Source: an uncultured bacterium
GTDB lineage: Bacteria > Pseudomonadota > Gammaproteobacteria > Burkholderiales > SG8-39
Assembly (NCBI GenBank): GCA_965233165.1
Contig: CBDDRX010000102.1
Location: 8,776-72,775 of the forward strand
Direction: 5' to 3'
Length of the DNA stretch: 64,000 nt
Each line of letters starts with the position of its first letter. Position 1 is the stretch's first letter. Below the pieces are notes generated by a model, which worked only from the letters and a program-made list of their open reading frames with translations, did no database searches and was not told the DNA's origin. Made by a program: the position numbers and the translations under genes. Shown here piece after piece: positions 49,484-60,313 of this stretch.

Positions 49484-52446
49484 GGCGCGAAGTCGGCGAC
49501 GCAGGCCGCGAGGTCCTTCTCCCCGTGGCAGCGCAGGGCGCGGAAGGCCGGCCTGCCCGCCGCCTCGCCGAGCGCCTCCTTGTGCTCGCGCCACAGCGCA
49601 GTGGCGCGCTCCGGCTGGCCGAGCGCAACGCGCCCGGCCATGGCCGCGAGGAGGAGGTACTCGCGTGCTTCCGCCCCGGCGGGGCGCTCGCTCGCGAGCA
49701 GGCGCCCGGCGATCTCGGCCATGCGGGTCGCGTCGCGCCCGCCGACGGCGCGAAAGAGCGCCAGCCACTGGCGCTGGAACTCGTGCAGCTCGCCGAAGCA
49801 GGGGGCGCGCGCGATGCGAAACCAGATCGCGCTCACGTCGTCGCTCGCCAGGAACGGATTGACCGCCTTCGCGAGGCGCAGCGCCGCGCGCAGCCAGACG
49901 TCCAGGTCGCGCGGCTCGCGGCACTCGATCAGCCGCAGCTTGACCAGCTCGAGGTCCTGCTGCAGCTGCGTCGGGATGTCGTCGGGCGCGGGCGGGCGCG
50001 GCGCCAGCAGGAAGTCGCGCGCATACCAGGCGCGCCGGGTGTTCTCGACGCGCTCGAAGGCGTACGCGCCCTGGAAGAGCGGGTTGACCGCGCGCTTGCT
50101 GCGCGAGGGCTCGAGCAGCTCGAGGACGGGCACCTCGGCGTTCAGGAGGGCCACGAGCGAGGTCGCGCTGCGCTCCATGAAGCGGTGCCGCGCGGCGTTC
50201 AGGTCGAGCACCGGCGCGTAGTCGGAGTTCGCCGGCATGCCGTAGCTTGCGAAGAGCGGCTCCAGCGTGGCGCGGCTGCCGAGGTAGCGCGCATCGAGGT
50301 CGCCAGCGGTCAGGACGTGCGTGGTCCAGAGCTCCTTCGCCACGCCGGGATGCTCGAACACCGCGGCCTGCGGGGGCAGCGGGACCGGCGCGGCGCCGGC
50401 GACGATGAGCAGATCGTGATCGCTGGGCGCGAAGACCGCGTAGTGCGGAAACACCTCGCCGAGCGCGCGCATCACCGTGGCGACCAGCGAGGGATCGATC
50501 TCGTAGAGCTGGAACCACTGCACGAGCAGGCCGCCCTCGGCGAGGTGCGCGCGCACGCGCTGGTAGAACTCGCGCGTGAAGAGGCCCGACACGCCGCTGA
50601 CCCAGGGATTGGACGGCTCGGAGATGATCAGGTCGTAGCGGCGGTCGCGCGCGGCGAAGAAGGTCTTCGCGTCGTCGATGACGAGGGTGCCGCGCGGGTC
50701 GGCGAACGCGCCGCTGTTGCGCGGCATGAAGCCGCGCGCCGCCTGCGCCATGGCCGCCTCGATCTCGATCGTCTCGACCTGCTCGATCGCGAGGCTTTGC
50801 AACAGCGTGTGCGTGGTGAGCCCGGTGCCGATGCCGATCACCGCGGCGCTGCGCGTATCCGGCTTGAGGGCGAGCGGCAGCGCGGCGGTCAGGACCATCG
50901 TGATCTCGTCGGAGCCGCGCTCGGCGGCCGGATCCATGTTGATGGAACCGTCGGACTTGCCGTTGGTGCGCAGGCTGGTCGCGGTCTCGTACTGCACGAG
51001 GTGCACGGTCGCGGTCTTGCCATCGCGGGCGTAGAGCACCTTCGCGTCGCGCGAGGCGGCCAGCTCGCCGTGGCGGAACACGCCTGCCGTCATCTTGTTG
51101 GCGTCGAGCTCGACGAACAGGGCGAGCGCAACGAGAAGCGTGGCGCAACCCGCCGCCGCGGCGCCCAGCGCACGCCGCGAGGTGCCGGCCGAGGCGAGCA
51201 GCAGCAGCCCGAGGCCGGCATCGACGAAGGCGCCCGCGAGCAGCGTCCCCTTCAGGCCGAGCAGCGGCAGCCCGAGGTGCACGGCCAGGACGACGCCGGC
51301 GATCGCGCCGAGCGTGTTGGCGGCGTAGATCTGGCCGATCGCCGCCTCGCCCGCCCCGCGGCGCAGCAGCGCGCCGGTCAGCAGCGGCAGGGTCATGCCG
51401 GCGAAGAAGGTGGCCGGCAGCATGATCAGCGCCGCGACCGCGGCGCCGCCCGCGTTGAAGAGCAGGTACCCCGCCTCGCTGCGGGCGAGGCCCTGCATGA
51501 GCGCTTCCATGAGGCCGAAGGTCAGGTCGTAGAAGGGCAGCGTCGCGGCGGCTGCGGCGGCCATCGCCAGCTGGACCCCGCCGAGCAGGCGCTCCGGAGA
51601 GCGCGTGGCATCGACGCGGCGGCGCACCGCGAGGCCGCCGAGCGCGAGGCCCAGGATGAACGTCGCGAGCATCAGCTCGAACGCATGCGTCGAGGCGCCG
51701 AGCACCAGCGAGAGCATGCGGATCCAGCTGATCTCGTAGACGAAAGAGGCGAGCCCGGTGAGGAACGCCACGGCGAGGAGCAGGCGCGCGGCCGCCGGCG
51801 CGTACGCCGGCGCAGGGGACAGGACGCGCTCGGCGGGTCGCGCGAGCAGCCAGACGGCGACGGCGAGCGCGAGGTTCACGGCGCCGGCGAAGCGCAGCGT
51901 GCCGGGCAGCGCGAGCGCTTCCACGAGGACGAAGCCGCTCGCCAGGACGCCCAGCGCCGCGCCGAGGCTGTTCGTGAAGTAAAGCATCGCGACCGACTCG
52001 CCGGCGGCAGCCGGGTGGGCGCGCGCGAGCCCGGCGCTCATCAGCGGAAACGTCATGCCCAGCAGCACGGACTGCGGCACGATGAGCGCGCCCGAGAGGG
52101 CGAGCTTCGCCGCGAGGACCGGCGTGTCCGCCCCGAGCGCGGGAAGCAACGCCGCGTACGCCCAGTCCGTGACGGCCACGAAGCTGGCATGGAAGACGAG
52201 CGCGAGCAGGCCGATGGCGCCCTCGATCAACGCGTAGGCGCGCAGCGGGTTCGCGATGCGCGCGGAGTAGCGCCCCGCGAGCCAGGCGCCGCCGGCAAGG
52301 CCGCCCATGAATACCGCGAGCACCAGCGACTGCGCGTAGGCCGCGTGGCCGAGGAACAGCTTCAGGTAATGCGTCCAGATCGACTCGTAGATCAGGCCGG
52401 CGAAGCCGGAGAAGACGAAGACGAGATAGAAAAGGCCGCGCGGCAT
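49468..52446 (-). CDS. Fused multi-TM/spermidine synthase-like protein
   Basis: SGFAGLIYE, FMGGLA.G, Y..NTLGAI.G, IGIGTG, YDLIISEPSNPW. Confidence 0.88.
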   Translation of the reverse strand: MPRGLFYLVFVFSGFAGLIYESIWTHYLKLFLGHAAYAQSLVLAVFMGGLAGGAWLAGRYSARIANPLRAYALIEGAIGLLALVFHASFVAVTDWAYAALLPALGADTPVLAAKLALSGALIVPQSVLLGMTFPLMSAGLARAHPAAAGESVAMLYFTNSLGAALGVLASGFVLVEALALPGTLRFAGAVNLALAVAVWLLARPAERVLSPAPAYAPAAARLLLAVAFLTGLASFVYEISWIRMLSLVLGASTHAFELMLATFILGLALGGLAVRRRVDATRSPERLLGGVQLAMAAAAAATLPFYDLTFGLMEALMQGLARSEAGYLLFNAGGAAVAALIMLPATFFAGMTLPLLTGALLRRGAGEAAIGQIYAANTLGAIAGVVLAVHLGLPLLGLKGTLLAGAFVDAGLGLLLLASAGTSRRALGAAAAGCATLLVALALFVELDANKMTAGVFRHGELAASRDAKVLYARDGKTATVHLVQYETATSLRTNGKSDGSINMDPAAERGSDEITMVLTAALPLALKPDTRSAAVIGIGTGLTTHTLLQSLAIEQVETIEIEAAMAQAARGFMPRNSGAFADPRGTLVIDDAKTFFAARDRRYDLIISEPSNPWVSGVSGLFTREFYQRVRAHLAEGGLLVQWFQLYEIDPSLVATVMRALGEVFPHYAVFAPSDHDLLIVAGAAPVPLPPQAAVFEHPGVAKELWTTHVLTAGDLDARYLGSRATLEPLFASYGMPANSDYAPVLDLNAARHRFMERSATSLVALLNAEVPVLELLEPSRSKRAVNPLFQGAYAFERVENTRRAWYARDFLLAPRPPAPDDIPTQLQQDLELVKLRLIECREPRDLDVWLRAALRLAKAVNPFLASDDVSAIWFRIARAPCFGELHEFQRQWLALFRAVGGRDATRMAEIAGRLLASERPAGAEAREYLLLAAMAGRVALGQPERATALWREHKEALGEAAGRPAFRALRCHGEKDLAACVADFAPYAMR

Positions 52447-52470
52447 CGGGGCGATGCTAAGTTAAGTGGG

Positions 52471-53613
52471 ATGGGCGTGCCATTCCTCCGCTTCCCCGCG
52501 CTGCCGGCCCGCCTCGGCGCGTTCTACTTCGCCTTCTTCGCGTACGCTGCCGCGTACGTCGCGTATTTTCCGCTCTACCTGGCGGGCCGCGGCCTGGACG
52601 CGGGCGAGATCGCCTTCGTCCTCGCCCTGCCGCAGCTCGCACGGATCTTCGCCCCCGCGGCGTGGGGGTGGCTGGCCGACCGCACCGGGGCGCGCGGCGG
52701 CATCGTGGCGTTCTCCTGCGCGAGCATGGCCGCCTGCTTCGCCGTGCTGCCGCTCGTCGAGGCCTCGTCGATCGCGCTGCTCATCGCCGTGACCGGCGTC
52801 GTCTCCGCAGGCGCGCTGCCGCTCGTCGAGGCGATCGCCCTGGGCATCCCGGGCGGGCCGGCGCGCTACGGGCCGATCCGGCTGTGGGGCTCGGTCGGCT
52901 TCATGGCGGTGGTGCTGGGCGGCGGCGCCTGGCTCGACTTCTTCCCGATCGCGACGCTTCCCCCCGCGCTGGTGCTTTTCGCGCTCGCCTCGCTGCTCGC
53001 CGCGGCCGGCCTGCCGGGCGGGAAGCGGCAGGCCGCCACCGCGCTCGCGCCGGCGACGCTGACGCCGGCTGCCTGGGCGGTTCTGGGCGCGGGCTTCTGC
53101 ATGGCGGCCGCGCACGGCGCGCTCTATGCGTTCCTCACGCTGCATCTGCAGGAGCAGGGATACCGCGGGGCGACGATCGGCGTGCTCTGGACGCTCGGCG
53201 TGGCGGCCGAGATCGCCGTCTTCTATTACCTGCCGCAGCTCCTGCGGCGCTACGCCCTGTCGACGCTGCTCCTTTTCAGCTTCGCCTGCGCGGTCGTGCG
53301 GTTCCTCGGCATCGCATGGGCCGCATCGTCCCTCGCGCTCCTCGTGCTCGCCCAGCTGCTGCACGCCGCCACCTTCGGCGCCTTCCATGCGGCGTCCATC
53401 GCGGCGATCCACCGCGTGTTTCCCGAGGCGGCGCACGCCCGGGGCCAGGCGCTGTTCTCCAGCGCGTCGTACGGCGCGGGCGGCGCCTTCGGTGCCCTCC
53501 TGGCCGGGCAGGCGTGGCAGGCGGCGGGCGCCGGGCTCGCGTTCTCGCTGGCTGCGCTGATGGGACTGGCGGGCGCGCATTTTGCATACCGACTCCGGCG
53601 AGCGGGTCTCTGA
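52471..53613 (+). CDS. MFS transporter (HcaT/MFS_1-like)
   Basis: WGWLAD, YGPIRLWGSVGF, GVAAEI, QLLHAATFG. Confidence 0.88.
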   Translation: MGVPFLRFPALPARLGAFYFAFFAYAAAYVAYFPLYLAGRGLDAGEIAFVLALPQLARIFAPAAWGWLADRTGARGGIVAFSCASMAACFAVLPLVEASSIALLIAVTGVVSAGALPLVEAIALGIPGGPARYGPIRLWGSVGFMAVVLGGGAWLDFFPIATLPPALVLFALASLLAAAGLPGGKRQAATALAPATLTPAAWAVLGAGFCMAAAHGALYAFLTLHLQEQGYRGATIGVLWTLGVAAEIAVFYYLPQLLRRYALSTLLLFSFACAVVRFLGIAWAASSLALLVLAQLLHAATFGAFHAASIAAIHRVFPEAAHARGQALFSSASYGAGGAFGALLAGQAWQAAGAGLAFSLAALMGLAGAHFAYRLRRAGL

Positions 53614-53626
53614 GACGAGGAGCGTC

Positions 53627-54451
53627 ATGCGCAAGTTCGCGGGTTGGGTAGGCATGGTCCTGGTGGCGGGTTGCCAAAGCGTGGAGACGACGCAGCCCGG
53701 CGTGGTCGGCGTGGACCGGGACCAGCGGATGATGGTCTCGGCCGAGGACATGGAAGCGGGCGCGGCGAAAGCCTACGCGCAGATGATGGCGCAGGCGCAG
53801 CAGAAGGGCGCGCTCGACCGCAACCCGGCCCAGGTGCAGCGGGTGCGCGGGATCACGCAGCGGCTCGTCCCGCACACGGCCGCCTTCCGCCCGGACGCGG
53901 CGAAATGGCCCTGGGAAGTGCACGTCGTGTCCATCGACGAAGTGAACGCCTGGTGCATGCCCGGCGGCAAGATGGCCATCTATACCGGTCTCATCGAGAA
54001 GCTGCAGGCGACCGACGACGAGATCGCCGCGGTGATGGGCCACGAGATCGCCCATGCCCTGCGCGAGCACTCGCGGGAGCGCGCGTCGCGACAGATGGGC
54101 ACGCAAATGGCGGTGGGCATCGCCGGGGCGCTCTTCGGCATCGGCGACCTGGGACAGAGCCTGGGAAACGTGGTCGCCGACGTGACGCTCAACCGTCCGA
54201 ACTCGCGCACGCAGGAAGTGGAGGCCGACCGCATCGGCGTCGAGCTGGCGGCGCGCGCCGCATTCGATCCGCGCGCGGCGATCACGCTCTGGGAGAAGAT
54301 GCAGAAGGCGGGCGGCGGCCAGCCGCCGCAGTTTCTCTCCACGCATCCCTCCCACGAGAACCGCATCAGCGACCTGCGTGCGTACGCCGAGCGGGTCCTG
54401 CCGCTCTATCAGGCCGCCAAGGGCCGCGCAAGCGCCTCCTCCGGAAAATAG
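53627..54451 (+). CDS. M48 family metallopeptidase lipoprotein
   Basis: Lipobox VAGC, NAWCMPGG, HEIAH, EVEAD, FLSTHP. Confidence 0.93.
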   Translation: MRKFAGWVGMVLVAGCQSVETTQPGVVGVDRDQRMMVSAEDMEAGAAKAYAQMMAQAQQKGALDRNPAQVQRVRGITQRLVPHTAAFRPDAAKWPWEVHVVSIDEVNAWCMPGGKMAIYTGLIEKLQATDDEIAAVMGHEIAHALREHSRERASRQMGTQMAVGIAGALFGIGDLGQSLGNVVADVTLNRPNSRTQEVEADRIGVELAARAAFDPRAAITLWEKMQKAGGGQPPQFLSTHPSHENRISDLRAYAERVLPLYQAAKGRASASSGK

Positions 54452-54647
54452 CGGCGCGCCGGCCGGAGGATTGCGGGCCGCGGAATCGGCGCCGCCCGCG
54501 TGACGTGCTGCACACCGCGCTGGCGCAGCGACTCCGGAAGAACTGTCGCATTCCGCCCATCGGCGCAGTCCCCCGCCAACGACAGTCACAACGCTCCATA
54601 TCGCGCGCGAAATTTCCGCCGTACTGTCACTGCAACGGAGGTTTTGC

Positions 54648-55913
54648 ATGGCCCCAGTCGCTGCCCGATCCACCAGCTCCCTGGCACCGCCCCCGCCGGC
54701 GCCGGCCCAGACCACCGACCCCCGGCCGGTCGACATCGTTGTCCTTCGCTCGCCGCTCGCCGCGAGCGATACGGGCGTCAAGGTCGCGCTCGGGGCGGAT
54801 GCCTGGGCGACGCTCGAAAGCCGGGCGCTGCTCGTGGAGTGGGAGGCGCTGGAGCGCGCCTGCCCGTGGTCGACGCCGTACCAGTCCAGCGCCTTTGTTC
54901 TCGCCTGGCTGCGCCACTACGGCGGGCAGTTCGCCCCGGTGGTGATCACCCAGCGCAGCGAGCAAGGCGCCCTGGTGGGGCTCCTGGTGCTCGGCGCGGG
55001 GCTGCACGGCAAGCGGCTCGTCGCCGCCGGTGCCCACCAGGCCGAGTACCAGGCCTGGCTGGCCACGCCGGAGACGAGCGCCGGCTTCATCGTCGATGCG
55101 CTCGCGGCCGTGGACGACCTCCTTCCAGGCCATGACCTGACGTTCAAGTACACGCCGCCCGGGCTGCCTTTCCAGGCGCTGCTCGAGTCCACGGCGTTCG
55201 GCGCGCGCGCCAACGTCGTCTCGCACCGGCGCCCGCTCATGCGCCTGGACGCGGCCGAGCTCGCGGGGTCGCTGCGCAAGAAGAGCAACCGGAGCCGCTG
55301 GTCGCGGTTGAAGCGCCTCGGGCCGGTGGCGTTCGAGCGCGTCGCGGACCCGGACGCTTTTACCGCGATGTTCGACGAGATCATTGCTTCCTACGAATCC
55401 CGGCGACACGCGGTCAATGGCGTGCAGCCGTTCGCCCAGGATCCCCGCAAGAAGCCGTTCCACCTCGAGCTCATGCGCGCGACCCCGGGCCTTCTGCACG
55501 TTACCGCGACGACGTTGTCCGGACGGGTCATCGGCGCCCATATCGGCGTTGCCGGCCGCGAGGCGGTGCACGTAGCGATCGTGAGCCATTCCGAGATGCA
55601 TTCCGACCAGTCGCCGGGAAAGCTGCATCTGCTGCGCCTGGGACAGTGCCTCCTGAGCGAAGGGAAGAGCGTGCTCGACCTGACGCCGGGCGGCGATCCG
55701 TGGAAAGAGCGCTTCGCGAACGCCCACGACGAAGTCCACGTCCTGACCGTTTTCAGGAGCGCTACGGCCCGGCGGCTGCACGCCCTGCGCAGTCGGAGCA
55801 GGGCGCTGCTGAAGCGCACCGCAGTGGCCGCTGGCATCTCGCCAGACGAAGTGCGCCGCTCCCTGCGCGACTTCAGGCGCCGCTGGATGCACTCGGGAAA
55901 GCCGGTACCGTAG
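54648..55913 (+). CDS. CelD/BcsL-like GNAT family protein
   Basis: TPYQS..F..AW, SPGKL, LDLTPGGDPWKERFA. Confidence 0.75.
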   Translation: MAPVAARSTSSLAPPPPAPAQTTDPRPVDIVVLRSPLAASDTGVKVALGADAWATLESRALLVEWEALERACPWSTPYQSSAFVLAWLRHYGGQFAPVVITQRSEQGALVGLLVLGAGLHGKRLVAAGAHQAEYQAWLATPETSAGFIVDALAAVDDLLPGHDLTFKYTPPGLPFQALLESTAFGARANVVSHRRPLMRLDAAELAGSLRKKSNRSRWSRLKRLGPVAFERVADPDAFTAMFDEIIASYESRRHAVNGVQPFAQDPRKKPFHLELMRATPGLLHVTATTLSGRVIGAHIGVAGREAVHVAIVSHSEMHSDQSPGKLHLLRLGQCLLSEGKSVLDLTPGGDPWKERFANAHDEVHVLTVFRSATARRLHALRSRSRALLKRTAVAAGISPDEVRRSLRDFRRRWMHSGKPVP

Positions 55914-55990
55914 CGCCGCGGTACGGTTAAGGCACGGTTTCCGTGCCATAATTTCCCATTTCCGCAGCGCGGCAACGGAGTTCGCGGCAA

Positions 55991-57406
55991 ATGGGTCAAA
56001 CGCTCTACGACAAGCTCTGGGACAGCCACGTCGTCCATTCCGAGGACGACGGCACGTCTCTGCTCTACATCGACCGGCACCTCATCCATGAGGTGACCAG
56101 TCCGCAAGCCTACGAGGGCCTCAAGGTCGCCGGGCGCAAGCCTTGGCGCGTCGATTCGGTCGTCGCCACGGCCGACCACAATACTCCGACCGAGCACTGG
56201 GAAGAGGGCATGGGCGGCGTGCGCGACCAGCTCGCGAAGCTGCAGATCGAGACGCTCGACGCCAACATGAAGGAGTACGGGGCCAAGGTCTATTTCCCCT
56301 ACCTCGACAAGCGCCAGGGCATCGTCCATGTCATCGGCCCGGAGCAGGGCGCGACGCTTCCCGGCATGACCGTGGTCTGCGGCGACTCGCATACCAGCAC
56401 GCATGGCGCGTTCGGCTGCCTCGCGCACGGCATCGGCACGTCGGAAGTCGAGCACGTGCTCGCCACGCAGTGCCTGATCAGCCGGAAGATGAAGAACATG
56501 CGCGTGACGGTCGACGGCCCGCTCGGCGCCGGCGTCACGGCGAAGGACGTCGTGCTGGCGATCATCGGCAGGATCGGCACCGCCGGGGGCACCGGGGCGG
56601 CGATCGAGTTCGCCGGCAGCACCATCCGCGCGCTCTCGATGGAAGGCCGCATGACCGTCTGCAACATGGCCATCGAGGCCGGCGCGCGCGCCGGCATGGT
56701 GGCGGTCGACGAGACGACGATCGACTACGTGAAGGGCCGGCCGTTCGCGCCGAAAGGCGTGGCGTGGGATGCGGCCGTCGCCTATTGGCGCACGCTGAAG
56801 AGCGACCCCGATGCGAAGTTCGACCGCGAGGTGAAGCTCGACGCGCGCGAGATCAAGCCGCACGTGACCTGGGGCACGTCGCCGGAGATGGTCGTGGCCA
56901 TCGACGAGCTCGTGCCGGATCCCGACCGCGAAAAGGACGCCTCGCGCCGCGAAGGGATGGAACGCGCGCTCGAGTACATGAGCCTGAAGCCGCGCACGAA
57001 GATCACCGACATCGCGATCGACAAGGTCTTCATCGGCTCGTGCACCAACTCGAGAATCGAAGATCTGCGCTCGGCCGCGCAGGTCGTGAAGGGCCGCCGC
57101 GTCGCCTCGAGCATCAGGCTGGCGATGGTCGTCCCCGGCTCCGGGCTGGTGAAGGCCCAGGCGGAGAAGGAGGGCCTGCACCGGGTGTTCCTCGACGCCG
57201 GCTTCCAGTGGCGCGAGCCGGGCTGTTCCATGTGCCTCGGCATGAACCCCGACCGCCTCGACCCCGGCGAGCGCTGCGCCTCGACGTCGAACCGCAACTT
57301 CGAGGGTCGCCAGGGCGTCGGCGGCCGTACGCACCTCGTGAGCCCGGCGATGGCGGCCGCGGCGGCGATCGCGGGGCATTTCGTCGATATCCGGAGCTGG
57401 CGCTGA
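55991..57406 (+). CDS. leuC: 3-isopropylmalate dehydratase large subunit
   Basis: [43 protein letters not shown]. Confidence 0.98.
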   Translation: MGQTLYDKLWDSHVVHSEDDGTSLLYIDRHLIHEVTSPQAYEGLKVAGRKPWRVDSVVATADHNTPTEHWEEGMGGVRDQLAKLQIETLDANMKEYGAKVYFPYLDKRQGIVHVIGPEQGATLPGMTVVCGDSHTSTHGAFGCLAHGIGTSEVEHVLATQCLISRKMKNMRVTVDGPLGAGVTAKDVVLAIIGRIGTAGGTGAAIEFAGSTIRALSMEGRMTVCNMAIEAGARAGMVAVDETTIDYVKGRPFAPKGVAWDAAVAYWRTLKSDPDAKFDREVKLDAREIKPHVTWGTSPEMVVAIDELVPDPDREKDASRREGMERALEYMSLKPRTKITDIAIDKVFIGSCTNSRIEDLRSAAQVVKGRRVASSIRLAMVVPGSGLVKAQAEKEGLHRVFLDAGFQWREPGCSMCLGMNPDRLDPGERCASTSNRNFEGRQGVGGRTHLVSPAMAAAAAIAGHFVDIRSWR

Positions 57407-57999
57407 TGGACAAGTTCACCGTCCATGCCGGGCTGGTCGCGCCGCTCGATCGTGCCAACGTCGATACGGACCAGATCATCCCCAAGCGCTACCTCGCGTC
57501 GATCAAGCGCACCGGCTTCGCCGAAGGCTGCTTCGCCGACTGGCGGCGCGACCCGGCGTTCGTCCTGAACCAGCCGCGCTACAAGGAGGCCAGCATCCTG
57601 CTCGCGCGCAAGAATTTCGGCTGCGGCTCCTCGCGCGAGCACGCGCCGTGGGCACTGCGCGACCTGGGGTTCCGCGCGGTGATCGCGCCCTCGTTCGGCG
57701 ACATCTTCTTCAACAACGCGTTCAAGAACGGCTTCCTGCCGGTCGTGCTGGGCGAGTCCGAGGTCGACGCGCTCTTCTACGACGCGGCAGCGTTCCCGGG
57801 GTTCAAGCTGGTGATCGACCTGGACGGCCAGACCGTGTCGAGCGCCGACGGGGCGAAGAAGATGCGCTTCGACGTCGAGCCGTTCCGCAAGTACTGCCTC
57901 CTGAACGGGCTGGACGACATCGGCCTCACGCTGCGCCACGCCGACAAGATCAGCGTCTTCGAGGCGCGGCGAAAAACCCAGTTCCCCTGGTACTTCTAG
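57406..57999 (+). CDS. leuD: 3-isopropylmalate dehydratase small subunit
   Basis: [34 protein letters not shown]. Confidence 0.97.
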   Translation: MDKFTVHAGLVAPLDRANVDTDQIIPKRYLASIKRTGFAEGCFADWRRDPAFVLNQPRYKEASILLARKNFGCGSSREHAPWALRDLGFRAVIAPSFGDIFFNNAFKNGFLPVVLGESEVDALFYDAAAFPGFKLVIDLDGQTVSSADGAKKMRFDVEPFRKYCLLNGLDDIGLTLRHADKISVFEARRKTQFPWYF

Positions 58000-58000
58000 G

Positions 58001-59053
58001 ATGAAAGTCGCCGTCCTGCCCGGTGACGGCATCGGGCCCGAGATCATTGGCGAAGCGCTGAAGGCGCTGCGCAAGCTCGGCCTGCGCCTGGAGTTCCAGG
58101 AGGCGCCGGTCGGCGGGGCCGCGTACGCGGCGCATGGGCATCCACTGCCCGAGAAGACGCTGGCGATCGCCCGGGAAGCGGACGCGGTGCTGTTCGGCGC
58201 GGTCGGCGATCCGCGCTATGACGCGCTGGAGCGCGCGCTGCGCCCGGAGCAGGCGATCCTCGGCCTGCGCAAGGACCTCGGACTGTTCGCCAACCTGCGC
58301 CCGGCGCAGGTCCATCGCGAGCTCGCGTCCGCGTCCGCGCTCAAGGCCGAAGTCGTCGCCGGACTCGATATCCTGATCGTGCGTGAGCTCACCGGCGACA
58401 TCTATTTCGGCCAGCCGAAGGGCATCCGCCAGGCCGAGGGCGAGCGCGAAGGCTACGACACCATGCGCTACCGCGAGTCGGAAGTGCGGCGCATCGCGCG
58501 CGTGGCATTCGACGCCGCGCGCAGGCGCTCGAAGAGGGTCTGCTCGGTCGACAAGGCGAACGTCCTCGAAACGTCGCAGCTCTGGCGCGAAGTGGTGACC
58601 GAGGAGGCGAAGGCGTACCCGGACATCGCGCTCAGCCACATGTACGTCGACAACTGCGCGATGCAGCACGTGCGCACGCCCAAGCAGTTCGACGTGATCG
58701 TGACCGGCAACCTGTTCGGCGACATCCTCTCCGACGAGGCGTCGATGCTCACCGGTTCGATCGGCATGCTTCCCTCGGCGGCGCTGAACGAGAAGGGCAA
58801 GGGCCTCTACGAGCCGATCCACGGCAGCGCGCCGGATCTCGTCGGCAAGGCGTTGGCCAATCCGCTCGCGACGATCCTCTCCGCGGCCATGATGCTGCGC
58901 TATTCGCTCGGTGAGCCGGCGGCGGCCGAGCGCATCGAGAAGGCGGTCGGCCAGGTGCTGCGCGAAGGTCTGCGCACGCCGGACATCTACAGCGAGGGAA
59001 CGCGGAAGGTCGGCACCCGCGAGATGGGCGACGCGGTCGTCGCCGCCCTTTAG
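58001..59053 (+). CDS. leuB: 3-isopropylmalate dehydrogenase
   Basis: [37 protein letters not shown]. Confidence 0.98.
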   Translation: MKVAVLPGDGIGPEIIGEALKALRKLGLRLEFQEAPVGGAAYAAHGHPLPEKTLAIAREADAVLFGAVGDPRYDALERALRPEQAILGLRKDLGLFANLRPAQVHRELASASALKAEVVAGLDILIVRELTGDIYFGQPKGIRQAEGEREGYDTMRYRESEVRRIARVAFDAARRRSKRVCSVDKANVLETSQLWREVVTEEAKAYPDIALSHMYVDNCAMQHVRTPKQFDVIVTGNLFGDILSDEASMLTGSIGMLPSAALNEKGKGLYEPIHGSAPDLVGKALANPLATILSAAMMLRYSLGEPAAAERIEKAVGQVLREGLRTPDIYSEGTRKVGTREMGDAVVAAL

Positions 59054-59065
59054 ACTAGGGAGATC

Positions 59066-60190
59066 ATGCTCAGGATCGGCATCGTCGGCTGGCGCGGAAT
59101 GGTGGGCTCGGTGCTCGTGCAGCGGATGCGCGAGGAGCGGGACTTCGACCATGTCGAGCCGGTGTTCTTCTCCACCTCGCAGGCCGGCGGCAAGGGGCCG
59201 CAGATCGGCCGCGACGTCGAGGCGGTGAAGAGCGCCCACGACCTCGCCGCCCTGAAGTCGCTGCCGGCGATCATCTCCTGCCAGGGGGGCGACTACACGA
59301 ACGACGTCTATCCCAAGCTGCGCGCCGAGGGGTGGAAGGGTTACTGGATCGATGCTGCCAGCGCCCTGCGCATGAGGGACGAGTCGGTGCTGATCCTCGA
59401 CCCGGTCAACATGCCGGTCATCAAGGACGGGGTCGCAAAGGGCCGCAAGGACTTCATCGGGCCGAACTGCACCGTGAGCCTGATGCTCATGGCGACGGCC
59501 GGCCTGTTCCAGCGCGACGAGATCGAGTGGACGACCTGCATGACCTACCAGGCGGCGTCCGGCGCGGGGGCGGCGAACATGCGCGAGCTGGTCGCGCAGA
59601 TGGGCACGGTCGGCGACCGGGCCAAGGCGCTGCTCGCGGATCCGGCGGCGACGATCCTGGACCTCGATCGCAACGTCACCGAGTCGATCCGCTCCCCGTC
59701 GTTCCCCAAGGAAGCCTTCGGCCAGCCCTTGGCGGCGAGCCTGCTGCCCTGGATCGCCGAGGATCTCGGCAACGGGCAGAGCAAGGAAGAATGGAAGGCG
59801 CAGGCGGAAGGCAACAAGATTCTCGGGCGCAACGGCGGGCAGATCCCGATCGACGGCATCTGCGTACGCGTGGGCGCGATGCGTTGCCATAGCCAGGCGC
59901 TGACCATCAAGCTGCGCCGGCCGATCCCGATCGACGAGATCGAGGGAATGATCGCGGAGGCCAACGAGTGGGTGAAAGTGGTGCCGAACCGCCGCGAGGA
60001 ATCGCTCGCCGAGCTCACGCCGGCGGCGGTGACCGGAAAGTTGTCGATTCCGATAGGCCGGCTGCGCAAGTTGCCGATGGGGCCGGATTATCTGGCTGCG
60101 TTCACGGTCGGCGACCAGCTGCTCTGGGGAGCGGCCGAGCCGTTGCGCCGGATGGTGCGGATTCTCATCGATTCAGGGGTTCGGCAGTAG
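59066..60190 (+). CDS. asd: Aspartate-semialdehyde dehydrogenase
   Basis: GWRGMVGSVL, NCTVSLM, YQAASGAGA, GDQLLWGAAEPL. Confidence 0.98.
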   Translation: MLRIGIVGWRGMVGSVLVQRMREERDFDHVEPVFFSTSQAGGKGPQIGRDVEAVKSAHDLAALKSLPAIISCQGGDYTNDVYPKLRAEGWKGYWIDAASALRMRDESVLILDPVNMPVIKDGVAKGRKDFIGPNCTVSLMLMATAGLFQRDEIEWTTCMTYQAASGAGAANMRELVAQMGTVGDRAKALLADPAATILDLDRNVTESIRSPSFPKEAFGQPLAASLLPWIAEDLGNGQSKEEWKAQAEGNKILGRNGGQIPIDGICVRVGAMRCHSQALTIKLRRPIPIDEIEGMIAEANEWVKVVPNRREESLAELTPAAVTGKLSIPIGRLRKLPMGPDYLAAFTVGDQLLWGAAEPLRRMVRILIDSGVRQ

Positions 60191-60313
60191 GCCGGGGCGG
60201 CGCGTCCGGGATTTCACGGAAATTCTTGATTTGCCAGCGTAAGATCATGATGTTATGTTAGTTGGTCCGTTGGCTTGGTCCAGCTAAGAAAAGAACTTTG
60301 GGGCGGGGGAATC

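Noticed and set aside
49336..53613. 1425-aa plus-strand ORF
   Set aside because: Antisense shadow of the spermidine synthase-like gene running in frame into the real MFS gene at 52471
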